Below are positions 39,260 through 49,550 of a DNA stretch of 64,000 bases, piece after piece. Position 1 is the first letter of the stretch. The number at the start of each line of letters is the position of its first letter. The position numbers and the translations under genes were made by a program. Origin of the DNA: Bdellovibrionales bacterium (GTDB lineage Bacteria; Bdellovibrionota; Bdellovibrionia; Bdellovibrionales; JAGQZY01); the NCBI GenBank assembly GCA_964230645.1, contig CAXRHT010000001.1, positions 832,001-896,000 of the forward strand, given 5' to 3'. Under the pieces are notes generated by a model. The model saw nothing but the letters and a program-made list of their open reading frames with translations. It was not told the origin of the DNA and searched no databases.

Positions 39260-40371
39260 TTTCTTTTTGGCAGAATAAATTTGAAAAGATTTTAATCGAC
39301 AAGAAAGTGGCCGACTCTAAAACCTCTTTACGTTTTATGGAGGTTTTTGGCGACAAGGCGCAGATCATTGACGGAAACCCTGAGGACTTCACCAAGGGTG
39401 AATTGTCCTCAGACGAGTTCGCTCAAAGTAAAAAACAAATCTATCTCACAGAATTTAAAGGACAGTTTTTTAAAAAGTGCCCCGGTTTTCATAAAGGCAT
39501 GGCCTGTTGTAACTACTTTGTTCTCAACCTTGGGTTTCAGTGCGATATGGACTGTTCCTACTGCTATTTGCAGTCCTTCCTTAACTCCAACTACCTCACC
39601 GTCTATACGAATATCGATGAGGCTTTAAAAGAGCTCGCGAGCTTCGAAGAGCTCAAAAAAAGTCCGGTGCGAGTGGGAACAGGGGAAGTCATCGATAGCC
39701 TAAGCCTTGATCCAATCACTCTTTACTCAAGAGACCTCATCGAGTTCTTCCGCGATTACCCGATGTGGAAGTTGGAGTTTAAAACAAAATCAAAGTTTGT
39801 TGATCAGTTTCTCGACTGTGATCATGCCGGAAACGTCATCGTGAGCTGGTCCATCAACCCTCCGGCTGTCATTGAGAGTGAAGAGCATGGCACGGCCTCT
39901 TTTGAAGAGCGCTTGCAAGCAGCCTTAAAATGTAAAGAGGCCGGTTATCAAATCTCCTTTCACATCGACCCCATGATTTGGCACCCCGAGTGGAAGGAAA
40001 GTTACGCCTATTTGGTGGATAAGATCATAGAAAATTTCACCCCAGATATTATTCCCTACTTGTCGGTTGGAGCCTTGAGATTTCAGCCCGAACAAAAGAA
40101 TATGATGCGTGAGCGCTTTGGTATGAACTCCTTTGTCACTCAAGCCGAAACCTTTAAAAGCCAAGACGGCAAACTCCGTTACGATCTGGATTTAAGAAAA
40201 GAGATGTTCAACTTTATTCTGGGTCGCTTCCGAGAAAAAAGCTCCCGTTGGAAGATCTTCATGTGCATGGAAACGCCTGAGACCTGGGTGGACACATTTG
40301 GACACAGCCCTCACAAAGAAGAGCCACTCAAAGATCTCTTCCAACCGATCAAGATGCCAAAAAATTCCTAA
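39256..40371 (+). CDS. Spore photoproduct lyase (SplB)-family radical SAM protein
   Basis: CDMDCSYC (CxxxCxxC), YLQ, EFKTKS, SWSINP, ERLQAA and YDLDLR motifs. Confidence 0.85.
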   Translation: MISFWQNKFEKILIDKKVADSKTSLRFMEVFGDKAQIIDGNPEDFTKGELSSDEFAQSKKQIYLTEFKGQFFKKCPGFHKGMACCNYFVLNLGFQCDMDCSYCYLQSFLNSNYLTVYTNIDEALKELASFEELKKSPVRVGTGEVIDSLSLDPITLYSRDLIEFFRDYPMWKLEFKTKSKFVDQFLDCDHAGNVIVSWSINPPAVIESEEHGTASFEERLQAALKCKEAGYQISFHIDPMIWHPEWKESYAYLVDKIIENFTPDIIPYLSVGALRFQPEQKNMMRERFGMNSFVTQAETFKSQDGKLRYDLDLRKEMFNFILGRFREKSSRWKIFMCMETPETWVDTFGHSPHKEEPLKDLFQPIKMPKNS

Positions 40372-40455
40372 CTTTTTTCATTGCTGGTATGCAGTGAATA
40401 TTATTTTCATGGCCGTTTCTCTGTAGACTTTTTGAAAAAGCTTAAAGGAGTTTCC

Positions 40456-40908
40456 ATGAAAAATATCATTTTCCTTACCCTCGTTGCCTTAGTTTTTGGT
40501 TGTGCCCACAAGAAGAAACTGGATCCGAACGTGGCGAAGGTCAGTCGCAAAGGAATCATTAGTGTCACGGCACGCTGGGTGAAAGATAAGGGAGATAAAT
40601 TCGATCTCAATCTTATGGTGGAAAATTTAAGAGACGAAGGAATCATCGTTTATCTCAAAGACATTCGTTGCCAAAGAGGTAATCAAGGTGGCCGTCTCAA
40701 GCATACCTTTTTCAACACCGGCGAGCGCACCATAGACTTCGCAAGTGGAGAAATAAAAGACTTCAACATGGTCTGCGATCATTACCAGAAAGCCTCTGGC
40801 CCCTTTAAAATTAATATCACTAAAGTTTACGCAAACCCTGAAAACGACGGCGAAACGCGCGGTAAAATGATTGCTGAAGACGTGGAATGGGAAACGGCGG
40901 AGTTCTAA
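40456..40908 (+). CDS. Lipoprotein of unknown function
   Basis: AAGGAG RBS before ATG 40456; lipobox VFGC. Confidence 0.8.
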   Translation: MKNIIFLTLVALVFGCAHKKKLDPNVAKVSRKGIISVTARWVKDKGDKFDLNLMVENLRDEGIIVYLKDIRCQRGNQGGRLKHTFFNTGERTIDFASGEIKDFNMVCDHYQKASGPFKINITKVYANPENDGETRGKMIAEDVEWETAEF

Positions 40909-41008
40909 TTTTGATAGAACAAAGCCCCGTGATTACTCGCCTCATCTATAGCCTAGGCCGATAAAGGTCGAGAATTCCTCCCTAGTCCTGGGACAATAGC
41001 AGTAAAAA

Positions 41009-41036
41009 TAAACCATTACACTCCCCATACCGATAA
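41009..41036 (+). promoter_or_regulatory. Putative sigma28 promoter
   Basis: TAAA-N16-ACCGATAA; a second GCCGATAA lies near 40957. Confidence 0.6.
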
Positions 41037-41071
41037 GAATAGGTAGAATAAAGGTCTGGGGAGAATCAGAT

Positions 41072-42328
41072 ATGAAGAAAAAGATATTCGGATTTGTGGT
41101 CGTCTTTATCGCTGGCTTAGCAGCCAGTATGGTTTATCAAAATTGCGGAGGAAGCTCGCTTCGAGCCAATAGCTCTGACAATGATGGTTTAAGAGTGGAT
41201 GTTTCTCCCATGGATCAAGATGGGGATGGTGTTGATGACGATAGTGACCCGACTGGTGGTGGCGGCGGTGGTGGCTCCACCGGGAATCCCGATTTCCGCT
41301 TCAATCTTAATAATGGCGACAATTTCTTTTTTGTCACTGAAAACCCAACAACAGAAGTTCTCTCAACCTCACGAGTGAGTATCAAAAGCTACTACACGAT
41401 TATGGCTTCTCAAATTTTTGAAGCTCCCTCGGTGAGTTTTCAAAGAGACCTTCCCATTCAAAGATATTGTGAAAACTCAGCCCTACCCCACTGTGCTCAC
41501 TTGCAACCTTTTGTTTGCTCAGAGCCCGGATGTTTCGAAGGTCCAACCCCTGTGCGCTGTCACTGGCAGAGACGTATGAGTACAGCAGACATCAACAATA
41601 CTTTTCAAGCCCTTAATGAATTGCGCTTTTTAAATCGAACAGTGGATTCTCAAAACCCGATGATTGAAGGTTGTAATGATCCTATTCTTTCTTTTCATAG
41701 AGCTGAAAGTGACCTTGTGGTTTCACTAGCGGATCGAGGCTGCGTTCCTGATGGTTCTTACTATGCCAATGGGGGATCGGGTGCAGGAATTACAACGATT
41801 TTTGATGCCGATATTCAGCGAGTGGCATCATCCATGGAAAATGACGTCTCTGATCCTGAGTACTGTAACAACTATAGTGTCTACGCTTGGGATACAACCA
41901 AGTGGACCTATCAATCCCGTAGCGGTTTTGTTCCACAAGATCAGTCCTACTTTTACAATGTGGAGTATGAAAACCAAAGAGTGACCATGCGCTATAAAAA
42001 GCCAGGGGATGACACAATTTTCTGTGCCTCAGGAGTTCCAGTACAACCCGCTGAAGTCGATGTCTTTTTCCCTGCTGGAGGAATCCCCTACCAGGTCTTC
42101 AGAACACAATCGGCCATTGCCGATGTTCCCACCACAGAAATCACTTATGAGGATCCTGTGGACGGTGGTGCCGTTTGGAGATTTTTCTTTGACCGCGGTT
42201 CGGCGATGACAAATACCGGAGGAGCTATCATGCATCCTAACCGTGCGGAAGCCATTCGCGATATGATCGAGGATGTTCTCGTCACGGAAGCCGAGAGAAT
42301 CGGAGCCTCGGCCGAGTGTCCTGAATAA
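41072..42328 (+). CDS. Cys-rich exported lipoprotein with YQNC signal
   Basis: Signal peptide ending YQNCGG; DQDGDGVDD Ca-binding-like motif; Gly linker; multiple Cys. Confidence 0.8.
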   Translation: MKKKIFGFVVVFIAGLAASMVYQNCGGSSLRANSSDNDGLRVDVSPMDQDGDGVDDDSDPTGGGGGGGSTGNPDFRFNLNNGDNFFFVTENPTTEVLSTSRVSIKSYYTIMASQIFEAPSVSFQRDLPIQRYCENSALPHCAHLQPFVCSEPGCFEGPTPVRCHWQRRMSTADINNTFQALNELRFLNRTVDSQNPMIEGCNDPILSFHRAESDLVVSLADRGCVPDGSYYANGGSGAGITTIFDADIQRVASSMENDVSDPEYCNNYSVYAWDTTKWTYQSRSGFVPQDQSYFYNVEYENQRVTMRYKKPGDDTIFCASGVPVQPAEVDVFFPAGGIPYQVFRTQSAIADVPTTEITYEDPVDGGAVWRFFFDRGSAMTNTGGAIMHPNRAEAIRDMIEDVLVTEAERIGASAECPE

Positions 42329-42330
42329 TT

Positions 42331-43155
42331 TTACTTAGGAATGGCGATCCAAGCTTCGGATTTTGGAAATCCCTTGGGTCGCTTCTCACAGAGTCCCTTA
42401 GATTTCAGAAAAGCCGTATAGGCTGCAATAAAAGATTCAAAAGCAAAAGCGTCTTTCACCATCATCTTAAAATCTCGATGGTAAATAAAACTCAAATCCC
42501 CTTCTGTCCAACGGTCTAAAAAAATCTGTCGAATCTCAGGTCCATGGGTCACAGTTTTGTATTTCAAAAGTTTCGCTTTCGAAACACCCATCTCTTGTCC
42601 CAGACGCCACAGACTCACTTTTGGCACCACTTCAATGACCTGTGGGTCCTTAATTCTTCGTTTAAGATACATGGCTCTAGCCGCCAAGGGCGCTCGGTTG
42701 CTGCCTAAAGCGTGATCGGTGGCAAGATCGGGTTGAATTTCGGTAGAAATATACTGCTCCACACATCTTTCGGTGTAGGGAGTAAAAATTTTGTTCGGTC
42801 TTTTACTGGGCTCACGACTCTTATGCCACTTCCACATCCACTTGATCTCTGGCTCTTGGCATTTTTCATGTCCTGGACATTTCAATCGACAACGCATGCA
42901 TTTTGGCATCTTCAAAGGAGCATCAATAGCGACACTATGAAGTTCTTTTTTATGTTTCTCAAGAATCTGAATAATTTTAGAGTCGGCAGAGAGCTTTTCG
43001 CTCTCTTCAATTTTATCGTAGAGATGGGAGAGAAAAAGCTTCTTTTCTTTGACGTAATACTCAATGATCGCCAAACAAGTTTTACGGCCTTTACCCCCTC
43101 CGAGAGTGAGTCCGGCAAACTTGATCACTTTAAATTTCTTTTTCTTCGAACTCAT
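42331..43155 (-). CDS. DUF429-like RNase H-fold protein with Cys cluster
   Basis: VAIDAPL, CMRCRLKCPGHEKC, YTER and IEVVPK motifs. Confidence 0.65.
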   Translation of the reverse strand: MSSKKKKFKVIKFAGLTLGGGKGRKTCLAIIEYYVKEKKLFLSHLYDKIEESEKLSADSKIIQILEKHKKELHSVAIDAPLKMPKCMRCRLKCPGHEKCQEPEIKWMWKWHKSREPSKRPNKIFTPYTERCVEQYISTEIQPDLATDHALGSNRAPLAARAMYLKRRIKDPQVIEVVPKVSLWRLGQEMGVSKAKLLKYKTVTHGPEIRQIFLDRWTEGDLSFIYHRDFKMMVKDAFAFESFIAAYTAFLKSKGLCEKRPKGFPKSEAWIAIPK

Positions 43156-43195
43156 AGTTTAAACTTTAGATAGAGGTTTAATGAAATTCCTTATT

Positions 43196-44182
43196 TTAAA
43201 CAAGCTTGGCATCAAGATGACGAAAGCCCTCTTTCTCACAGGCCTTTATCACTTGCTCTCTCTTCTCGGGCGTAGACCAAATAAAAACGCAGCCACCACC
43301 GCCCGCTCCACAGATCTTAATGGCCTCGCCACCATTACTCAAAGCAATCTCTGCTAATTTTTCGATCTCAGGAGAGGAAAAGCTCTCGGCCAAATCCATA
43401 CGCGCTTCATACTCCTCTTTAAAAAGAGTCGGAATTTCTTCCCAGTTTTCTTCCGAGATCAGTTTTTTCATTTTACTGGAAACTTGAGCGATTCCTTTTA
43501 GAGCGAGTACGGTTTTCTTATCACCATCGATAAACTTTTTTAAAACCTGCCAGTTGTTAATGCCACTATGATGAGATTTTCCTGTGTAAAAAATTGAAAT
43601 GCGGTCATTAAGATTAAGCTTCTCTACGGAAACTCTCTCAACTCTTGGCCAACCAAACTCATAGTCAATAATATTGATTCCTCCCTCAATGGGAGGGAAA
43701 TAATCTTGTGTCCCTGTGGGAGTTTTTAAAATTTTTGCTTCAATCCCTGAGCAAGCTCGAACGATTTCATACTCATCCACTTTTTTTTGGGTGGCTTTCA
43801 TAAAAGCTTTGAAAATGGAAATTGATAGACTGGAACTTCCACCCAGGCCTCCTCCAACGGGAGAATCACTTTGGGTGTACATATCAAATCCAAATTCAGG
43901 CTTCCAGTACTCAATATGATTTCTAAAAAGAGAGAATTCACTCTCCTCACATTCTAAGCAGTCTTTTAAGCTATTAAACTCGAATGTTTTACCAAGCTCT
44001 CTTGATTCAATGCTAATTTTCTTGTCATCCCTCAGTGCCAAATCACATTGGGTCATAATACTAATGCCCACATTGATTGTGGTGACAGGTGAAAGAAGGG
44101 CGTTTATGGGCCAGCAGTCCAAAGTCCCTCCAGAGAGATCAATACGAGTGGGTGATTTTATTGAAATTTTATTGTTCGACAC
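43196..44182 (-). CDS. GHMP kinase (HddA-like sugar-phosphate kinase)
   Basis: PTRIDLSGG, PVGGGLGGSSS, GTQD and KICGAGGGG motifs. Confidence 0.88.
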   Translation of the reverse strand: MSNNKISIKSPTRIDLSGGTLDCWPINALLSPVTTINVGISIMTQCDLALRDDKKISIESRELGKTFEFNSLKDCLECEESEFSLFRNHIEYWKPEFGFDMYTQSDSPVGGGLGGSSSLSISIFKAFMKATQKKVDEYEIVRACSGIEAKILKTPTGTQDYFPPIEGGINIIDYEFGWPRVERVSVEKLNLNDRISIFYTGKSHHSGINNWQVLKKFIDGDKKTVLALKGIAQVSSKMKKLISEENWEEIPTLFKEEYEARMDLAESFSSPEIEKLAEIALSNGGEAIKICGAGGGGCVFIWSTPEKREQVIKACEKEGFRHLDAKLV

Positions 44183-45062
44183 TATTTACAACCCTTTCAA
44201 TTTCTTCATGAAGTGATTGTATCGAACGATCCGCTAGATCGGCAAAAACATTAATGCTGGGTATATAGATCTTGTCACTGTTGTCAGAAAAAACAAATAT
44301 TATGTTACCCTTTTCAGTCTCAACTCGAAGCTCTTTTGTTCCCTGCATTGGGTTTTTCTTGTTAAAACTGTGGTTGGAAAGGGTGACCTCGCGGATCTTT
44401 TTAAAAAACCAAATCCACTGCTCTTTAGGAGAATCAAAATTTTCCCCTTTATAAAAAAGAGTCATCATCTTTTTTGATTTCGAACTAAGCCCCCAAACTT
44501 TCACTCCTGACTCAAAGTACTCCACTTTTTTGACCGCCTCCCCGGGAATGGGAAGATAAGGCGTGTAGAATTTTTCAATGCCATTAAAAAGAAACTGCGA
44601 CCAGATATTATGAACAACGTATATATATTCGGAGTCTTTGTTTAAAACATAGATATTACTCCCCGGCGCTTCCACATCTCCGACCACCAAACGCTTTTCG
44701 CCGTGATCCTTGTACTGAAAACGAAACAAAGCCTCCCCAGGATCTACGCCATAATGATCCTCCGTAAGTCTAAAGCGCTCAATAGGAGGCGTTTCCGACA
44801 TGATTTGTAGGTTTCTCTCAATAAACCTCTGATTGGCTAAATACCTATGCGGCTCACTCACCCACCAAAAGTCTTCTTCTTTGACAAGCTTAACCTCAAG
44901 GGTGGCTGTGGTGATGGTAAAACTCTGAATGTCAGCAACATTTTCCAGTAGAGTATCTTCTATTTTTGCAAGGGGGTCCTTTTCTTTATTAGCTTTGACC
45001 ACGTAGTAAGCAATACCCACAAGAAAAAGAAAAACGGAAAAAAGTAGGCCGACTTTCTTCAA
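44169..45062 (-). CDS. DUF4340-like membrane-anchored protein
   Basis: N-terminal TM; WWVSEP, YGVDP and LVVGD motifs; follows the GldG-like gene. Confidence 0.7.
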   Translation of the reverse strand: MKKVGLLFSVFLFLVGIAYYVVKANKEKDPLAKIEDTLLENVADIQSFTITTATLEVKLVKEEDFWWVSEPHRYLANQRFIERNLQIMSETPPIERFRLTEDHYGVDPGEALFRFQYKDHGEKRLVVGDVEAPGSNIYVLNKDSEYIYVVHNIWSQFLFNGIEKFYTPYLPIPGEAVKKVEYFESGVKVWGLSSKSKKMMTLFYKGENFDSPKEQWIWFFKKIREVTLSNHSFNKKNPMQGTKELRVETEKGNIIFVFSDNSDKIYIPSINVFADLADRSIQSLHEEIERVVNSVEQ

Positions 45063-46582
45063 AAAAGTCTCCGTAGTTTAAAGAAGACAGCAATCACAAA
45101 AAAGATCAGACAAAAAGGCAAAACAAAGAAAAGAAAGTAAAGATTCATTTGAGTCTGACTGAGAATCAAGTAGGTGGTCTCGGCACTGGGAATTTTAAGA
45201 CGCAAAAGATCTTCATCTTTTGAAAGAAAAGCCACAAGACTAATAAGAAAATCAAAATTCCCTGGCCTTGAATAAAATTGATTGGTCACAAAATCACTGT
45301 CACCCACTACTGCCAAGCGAAAAAGAGGATCGGTTAATCCCTCAGCCACCACCGCAGCCAATTGCTTACCTTCATCGATCACCTCACTTTTCGGATCGAT
45401 ATCTTCTCTGGCTACAGAGTTTGGCAGATGCTCTAAAACCGGACGAATCATAAAGTCTTCTTTAAAGTCCTCTATAATCTCAACACTTGAGGATATAAAA
45501 AAAGCCGGATTTTGCCCAGGAACCAAAGACTGAGCCACCTCATGACTGGCCTCCCCTTTATGAGTCAATACTAATAGATCCGACTGGGTGGCCTGAGCTT
45601 GTTGTGAGAAAATAAAGTTTTTAGGGAGGTGAACACCGAACTCGTTCAAGAGTACATTCACTTGATGGTCTTCTCCAGGATCAGCCGCCACAAGAAGATG
45701 TCCTCCATTTCTTAGATAGGCATCAAGAATCGAGCGATCTTTTTCCCCGAGAGGCTTTCTGGGACCAACCATCACGAGCATCGCTGCATCCTCGGGGATC
45801 ACATCCAAAGAATCTAAAGAAGCCGTTTCGTAGTGAAGCCTTTCAAGCTGATCATTCACTCCTTTAAGACCAAAGGTCGACTCATCTTCAATCTTTCTCT
45901 CGTCATGAGCCTGAACAAAGTATATTTTCTTTGGAGGCTTAGTGAGCTTTAACAAAGTATTAGTAATGGCTCTGGTATCAAGACCCGTGACTCTTTGGAT
46001 TCGCCCTTTGTATTCAGCAAAAAGAGTGGACTCCTCATCGCCCACTTTAAATTTTTTCGCTAGATCGGGGCGTTGAAAAACAGAGTAGCTTTGTAGATGA
46101 ATGTTCCTATTGAGTTCTTGATAGGGCTCAAGAGCAGTTTGTACTTGAGCCTCAAAGCCTCTGACTTTCTCGTTGCCTGTATGAAAATAGTAAAAGTTAA
46201 GATCCTCTGGTAGAGCTTTAACAATAGCCTGAGTCAATTTCGGGAGACTATGAATCTTGTTGGCAGTAATATCCACTTTTTGATCAACCTGCTGAAAAAT
46301 CACATTCACAGTAACGGCAATGGCTAAAACTAAAACACTAATAAGGGCAGATTTGGCAAGAAAGTGTAGAGACTCTGATTTTAAGACGGCTTTTAAAAAG
46401 CGAAAGTTGATAATCAAGGCAAAGAATAAAAAGAAGAGCCCAAACCCCACTCCCGCACTCACATAGGGCATCCAACCGGAAAACGCCAGCTTCAAACCAA
46501 AAGTGATAAGAAAACAAAATAAAGAAAGAATCAGGGAGACTTTGCCTAATGTATTCAAACTACCTCCACCTATTGTATTCAA
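45059..46582 (-). CDS. GldG-like ABC auxiliary component
   Basis: DITANKIHSL, KIYFVQAHDE, YLRNGG and VVGDSDF motifs; C-terminal TM. Confidence 0.85.
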   Translation of the reverse strand: MNTIGGGSLNTLGKVSLILSLFCFLITFGLKLAFSGWMPYVSAGVGFGLFFLFFALIINFRFLKAVLKSESLHFLAKSALISVLVLAIAVTVNVIFQQVDQKVDITANKIHSLPKLTQAIVKALPEDLNFYYFHTGNEKVRGFEAQVQTALEPYQELNRNIHLQSYSVFQRPDLAKKFKVGDEESTLFAEYKGRIQRVTGLDTRAITNTLLKLTKPPKKIYFVQAHDERKIEDESTFGLKGVNDQLERLHYETASLDSLDVIPEDAAMLVMVGPRKPLGEKDRSILDAYLRNGGHLLVAADPGEDHQVNVLLNEFGVHLPKNFIFSQQAQATQSDLLVLTHKGEASHEVAQSLVPGQNPAFFISSSVEIIEDFKEDFMIRPVLEHLPNSVAREDIDPKSEVIDEGKQLAAVVAEGLTDPLFRLAVVGDSDFVTNQFYSRPGNFDFLISLVAFLSKDEDLLRLKIPSAETTYLILSQTQMNLYFLFFVLPFCLIFFVIAVFFKLRRLF

Positions 46583-47330
46583 CCACTCGCTCGGTCAAAA
46601 GACTTAAGAAAAAAGACCAACTTAAAAAATAAAAGATCGATGAGAGGCTCACGATTCCTTTTCGAAAATTGAGGAAATGGTAATCAAAAGACATATAATG
46701 AAAAACCTGCTGTAAAAAAAGCGAGTCAGTGAGACCCCTGCCCACTCCAAGTAGAAGAAGGAAGATACTGGTCACAAGAGTCAAAACGACACAGACAATC
46801 AAAGACTCGGTGAGGCTTGAGGCCAACATCGCCACACTCATATAGACACAGAGAACAATAAACACTCCGATATAACTAAGGAAGAAAAGTCCCAAGGGGA
46901 TTTCAACGAAAAAAAGTAGGGAGAGCGGGTAAATGGCTGAAACTAAAAGAAGAAAGAAGATATAAAAAGCCCCGACCAGCCACTTTGAAAGCACAATCTG
47001 CCAAGAGGTCATGGGACTCGTTAATAAAATAGGAAAAGTTCTCATCTTTTTTTCTTCTGCAAAAAAGCGAATACTTAAAGAGGCAATAACAAAAACCAAA
47101 ACATAGTGAACGATGACGACATAAGAAGAAATCAAATTTTGATGAATGTTAAGACCGGAATCTTTCACTTGTGTTGAGAGTTGGTAAGACCTCTGTACGA
47201 AAGCAAAAACCTCAAAGGCAAAAAAGAGCCCCCACAGAGAGGCACAAAGGCCTGTAAGGAAGTAAAACATGGGACTCGTTAAAAGAGACTTAATATCTTT
47301 TCTTAGAATGGCAAATACGGGAGCCATCAT
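46560..47330 (-). CDS. GldF-like ABC-2 permease
   Basis: FAEEKK, LLTSP and IVLSKW motifs; about six TM helices. Confidence 0.88.
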   Translation of the reverse strand: MMAPVFAILRKDIKSLLTSPMFYFLTGLCASLWGLFFAFEVFAFVQRSYQLSTQVKDSGLNIHQNLISSYVVIVHYVLVFVIASLSIRFFAEEKKMRTFPILLTSPMTSWQIVLSKWLVGAFYIFFLLLVSAIYPLSLLFFVEIPLGLFFLSYIGVFIVLCVYMSVAMLASSLTESLIVCVVLTLVTSIFLLLLGVGRGLTDSLFLQQVFHYMSFDYHFLNFRKGIVSLSSIFYFLSWSFFLSLLTERVVEYNRWR

Positions 47331-48241
47331 CTTGTCACCTCGATAAAGACATCCTCAAGTTGCTGATGTTTTTGAGTCACGGACTGCACCCCACACTTGT
47401 GTTTGATAATTTCACTCAAATAAAGGTCTAAATTGTTGACTCCCTCTTCAAGCAGATGAAGCTGAAGAGTGGACTGATTGAGTTGCACTTGATTGACAGC
47501 GGGTAGCTTTTCAAGGTTTTTCAAAAGCTCGTCCGTACTTTTCTGCACTTGTATTTCTACCAAGTGAGTGGCCTGCCGGGCTTTTAAAAGTTCATTTAAG
47601 CTCCCTTTTGCTTTCACCACACCTTTATCAAGAATGACGACATCATCGCAGATCTGCTGCACCTCTGAGAGAATATGAGTGGAGAGCACAATGATATGGT
47701 TCTTTTTTAAGGACTTGATGATTTCACGCAGCTCATAAACCTGATGGGGATCCAATCCCACAGAAGGCTCATCAAGTATTAGAATTTTAGGTTCCCCGAT
47801 GAGAGTTTGGGAAATACCCACTCTTTGTCGAAAACCTTTTGAAAGAACACGGATAGGACGATAAGCCACCTCATTTAAAGTCATTTTCGCAATGGCTTGA
47901 TCGATCTGTTCTTCCCACTGGTTTTTGGGAACGGATTTCAGTCCACAAATAAAACGAAGATAGTCCACCACTTTGAGCTCTTCATAAAGGGGCGGAGTTT
48001 CTGGCAGATAACCAATTCTTTTTTTCGCTTCTACGGGCTCTTTTAAAATATCAAAGCCGTCAATTTTGACATGCCCCTCTGTGGAACAGAGAAGTCCCGT
48101 CATAATTTTCATAGTGGTGGATTTTCCAGCCCCGTTGGGACCAAGAAGACCGAGAGAGCGCCCCTCCTTGACGGACCAGGTGTTTTCTCTGAGCGCCCAT
48201 TGATCGGCGAACTTTTTACTTAAAGATTGAACTTCAATCAT
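47327..48241 (-). CDS. GldA-like ABC ATPase
   Basis: GPNGAGKST, LSKGFRQR, LDEP and STHIL motifs. Confidence 0.92.
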   Translation of the reverse strand: MIEVQSLSKKFADQWALRENTWSVKEGRSLGLLGPNGAGKSTTMKIMTGLLCSTEGHVKIDGFDILKEPVEAKKRIGYLPETPPLYEELKVVDYLRFICGLKSVPKNQWEEQIDQAIAKMTLNEVAYRPIRVLSKGFRQRVGISQTLIGEPKILILDEPSVGLDPHQVYELREIIKSLKKNHIIVLSTHILSEVQQICDDVVILDKGVVKAKGSLNELLKARQATHLVEIQVQKSTDELLKNLEKLPAVNQVQLNQSTLQLHLLEEGVNNLDLYLSEIIKHKCGVQSVTQKHQQLEDVFIEVTR

Positions 48242-48258
48242 TTCCCCACCTCAAGAGT

Positions 48259-49485
48259 CTAAACCCTTACACCCACTACTTTTTCATGGGAATAGGTGAC
48301 TTGTCCAGATTTTGCCCCCTTTATGGGCCGCACATAACGGCATTCGGCATAGAGACATTCAAACTTTCCTTGAGCCCCCTTAGGAAGGGACTGAGCGATC
48401 ACCTTTTGAGCCGCTTCCATCACAATTTGTGGCTTTGGCTCGCCCGATTTTTTATCTCTCTCTAAAATACCATGGGCTCCAGGATAATCTTTAATATGAA
48501 GCCATAGGTACCAAGGCTTAGCCTTTCTAAGAAGCTTTAAATTGTCGGCTCCTGAACGCCCAATAAAGAGGCGATGACCATCGATTTCGTAAGTCTTCCC
48601 TTTAAGCTCTGCTTTTTTGAGAAGGCTTGGTGGCACTTCTTTTTTCTTAGCCCCTTTGCCCCGTTCAAGCTCTGAAATTTCTTTTTTAAGAATATCGATT
48701 CTTTCTTTGGTGCCCTCAAGCTTTCCCTTATTTTTTTTAGCTTGGGAAAATATATTTTCAATATTCCATGAAAGGCTTTTTGAGGAGTCGATAAAAGTGC
48801 CAAATTCTTCGGGCACCTGGGTTAAACTCTGCTGCTGCTTGATCCACTCCCCGGCTTTTTCCAATAAGTTTTCAGACAGCTCTTCTAATTTCTCTTCCAT
48901 TTTCTTAAGGCCTTTTTTCTTTTTCTTAAGATCTTTTTTTATTTCCCCACTCTCAGCATTACTTTTGTCTTTTTGGGTTTTGTTTTCTTTCTGCCAAAGG
49001 TCTTTAAAAAAACTGGGCTCTCGTAGTTTGGAGTCCTCATAAGTATCATTCGGAGCGGGCTCAATATCTTTTGGTTTGAAAGCAGAGATTTGCTTACTCC
49101 CCTTATAAAGGGTGACATTCACCTTCCCTGGGATTAGGCTTATTTCCATAAAGTTTTCCTGGTCAGCAGAAAAGTAAAAACGGACAAGCCGTCCAAGCGC
49201 TTCAACCCTTTCGACTTTTACTAAATCAAGACCCTTAAAATGACTTTTGAAGAATAACTGAATGGGCTTTTTTTTATCTTTGATAAGAAAAATTCGCTCT
49301 TTTGAGAAAAAGAAGTAAGGCTTGCCACCCTTCAACCGAAAACTCATCCACAGCCAGTCATTAGGACCTGAGATCTGAATCTGAAGGACTTTTTCGTCAA
49401 ATAAAAGGTTACTCCACTGCCAACCGTAAAAAGAGGAAATGTTTTTTAAAATCAGATCCATTTCTTTTTCTGTTTGAGCCTGCAT
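48259..49485 (-). CDS. NFACT RNA-binding domain protein (RqcH/FbpA-like, shortened)
   Basis: C-terminal NFACT-R (IGRSGADN, WLHIKDYPGAH, GQVTY) and central coiled coils. Start moved to ATG 49485, since the ORF-track start lies within the terminator. Confidence 0.8.
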   Translation of the reverse strand: MQAQTEKEMDLILKNISSFYGWQWSNLLFDEKVLQIQISGPNDWLWMSFRLKGGKPYFFFSKERIFLIKDKKKPIQLFFKSHFKGLDLVKVERVEALGRLVRFYFSADQENFMEISLIPGKVNVTLYKGSKQISAFKPKDIEPAPNDTYEDSKLREPSFFKDLWQKENKTQKDKSNAESGEIKKDLKKKKKGLKKMEEKLEELSENLLEKAGEWIKQQQSLTQVPEEFGTFIDSSKSLSWNIENIFSQAKKNKGKLEGTKERIDILKKEISELERGKGAKKKEVPPSLLKKAELKGKTYEIDGHRLFIGRSGADNLKLLRKAKPWYLWLHIKDYPGAHGILERDKKSGEPKPQIVMEAAQKVIAQSLPKGAQGKFECLYAECRYVRPIKGAKSGQVTYSHEKVVGVRV

Positions 49486-49550
49486 AAAAGAAATCATCCC
49501 ACAAGGGTTTTGAGAATGCAAAGCACTCTCCCACACAGGCATTAAAAAAT

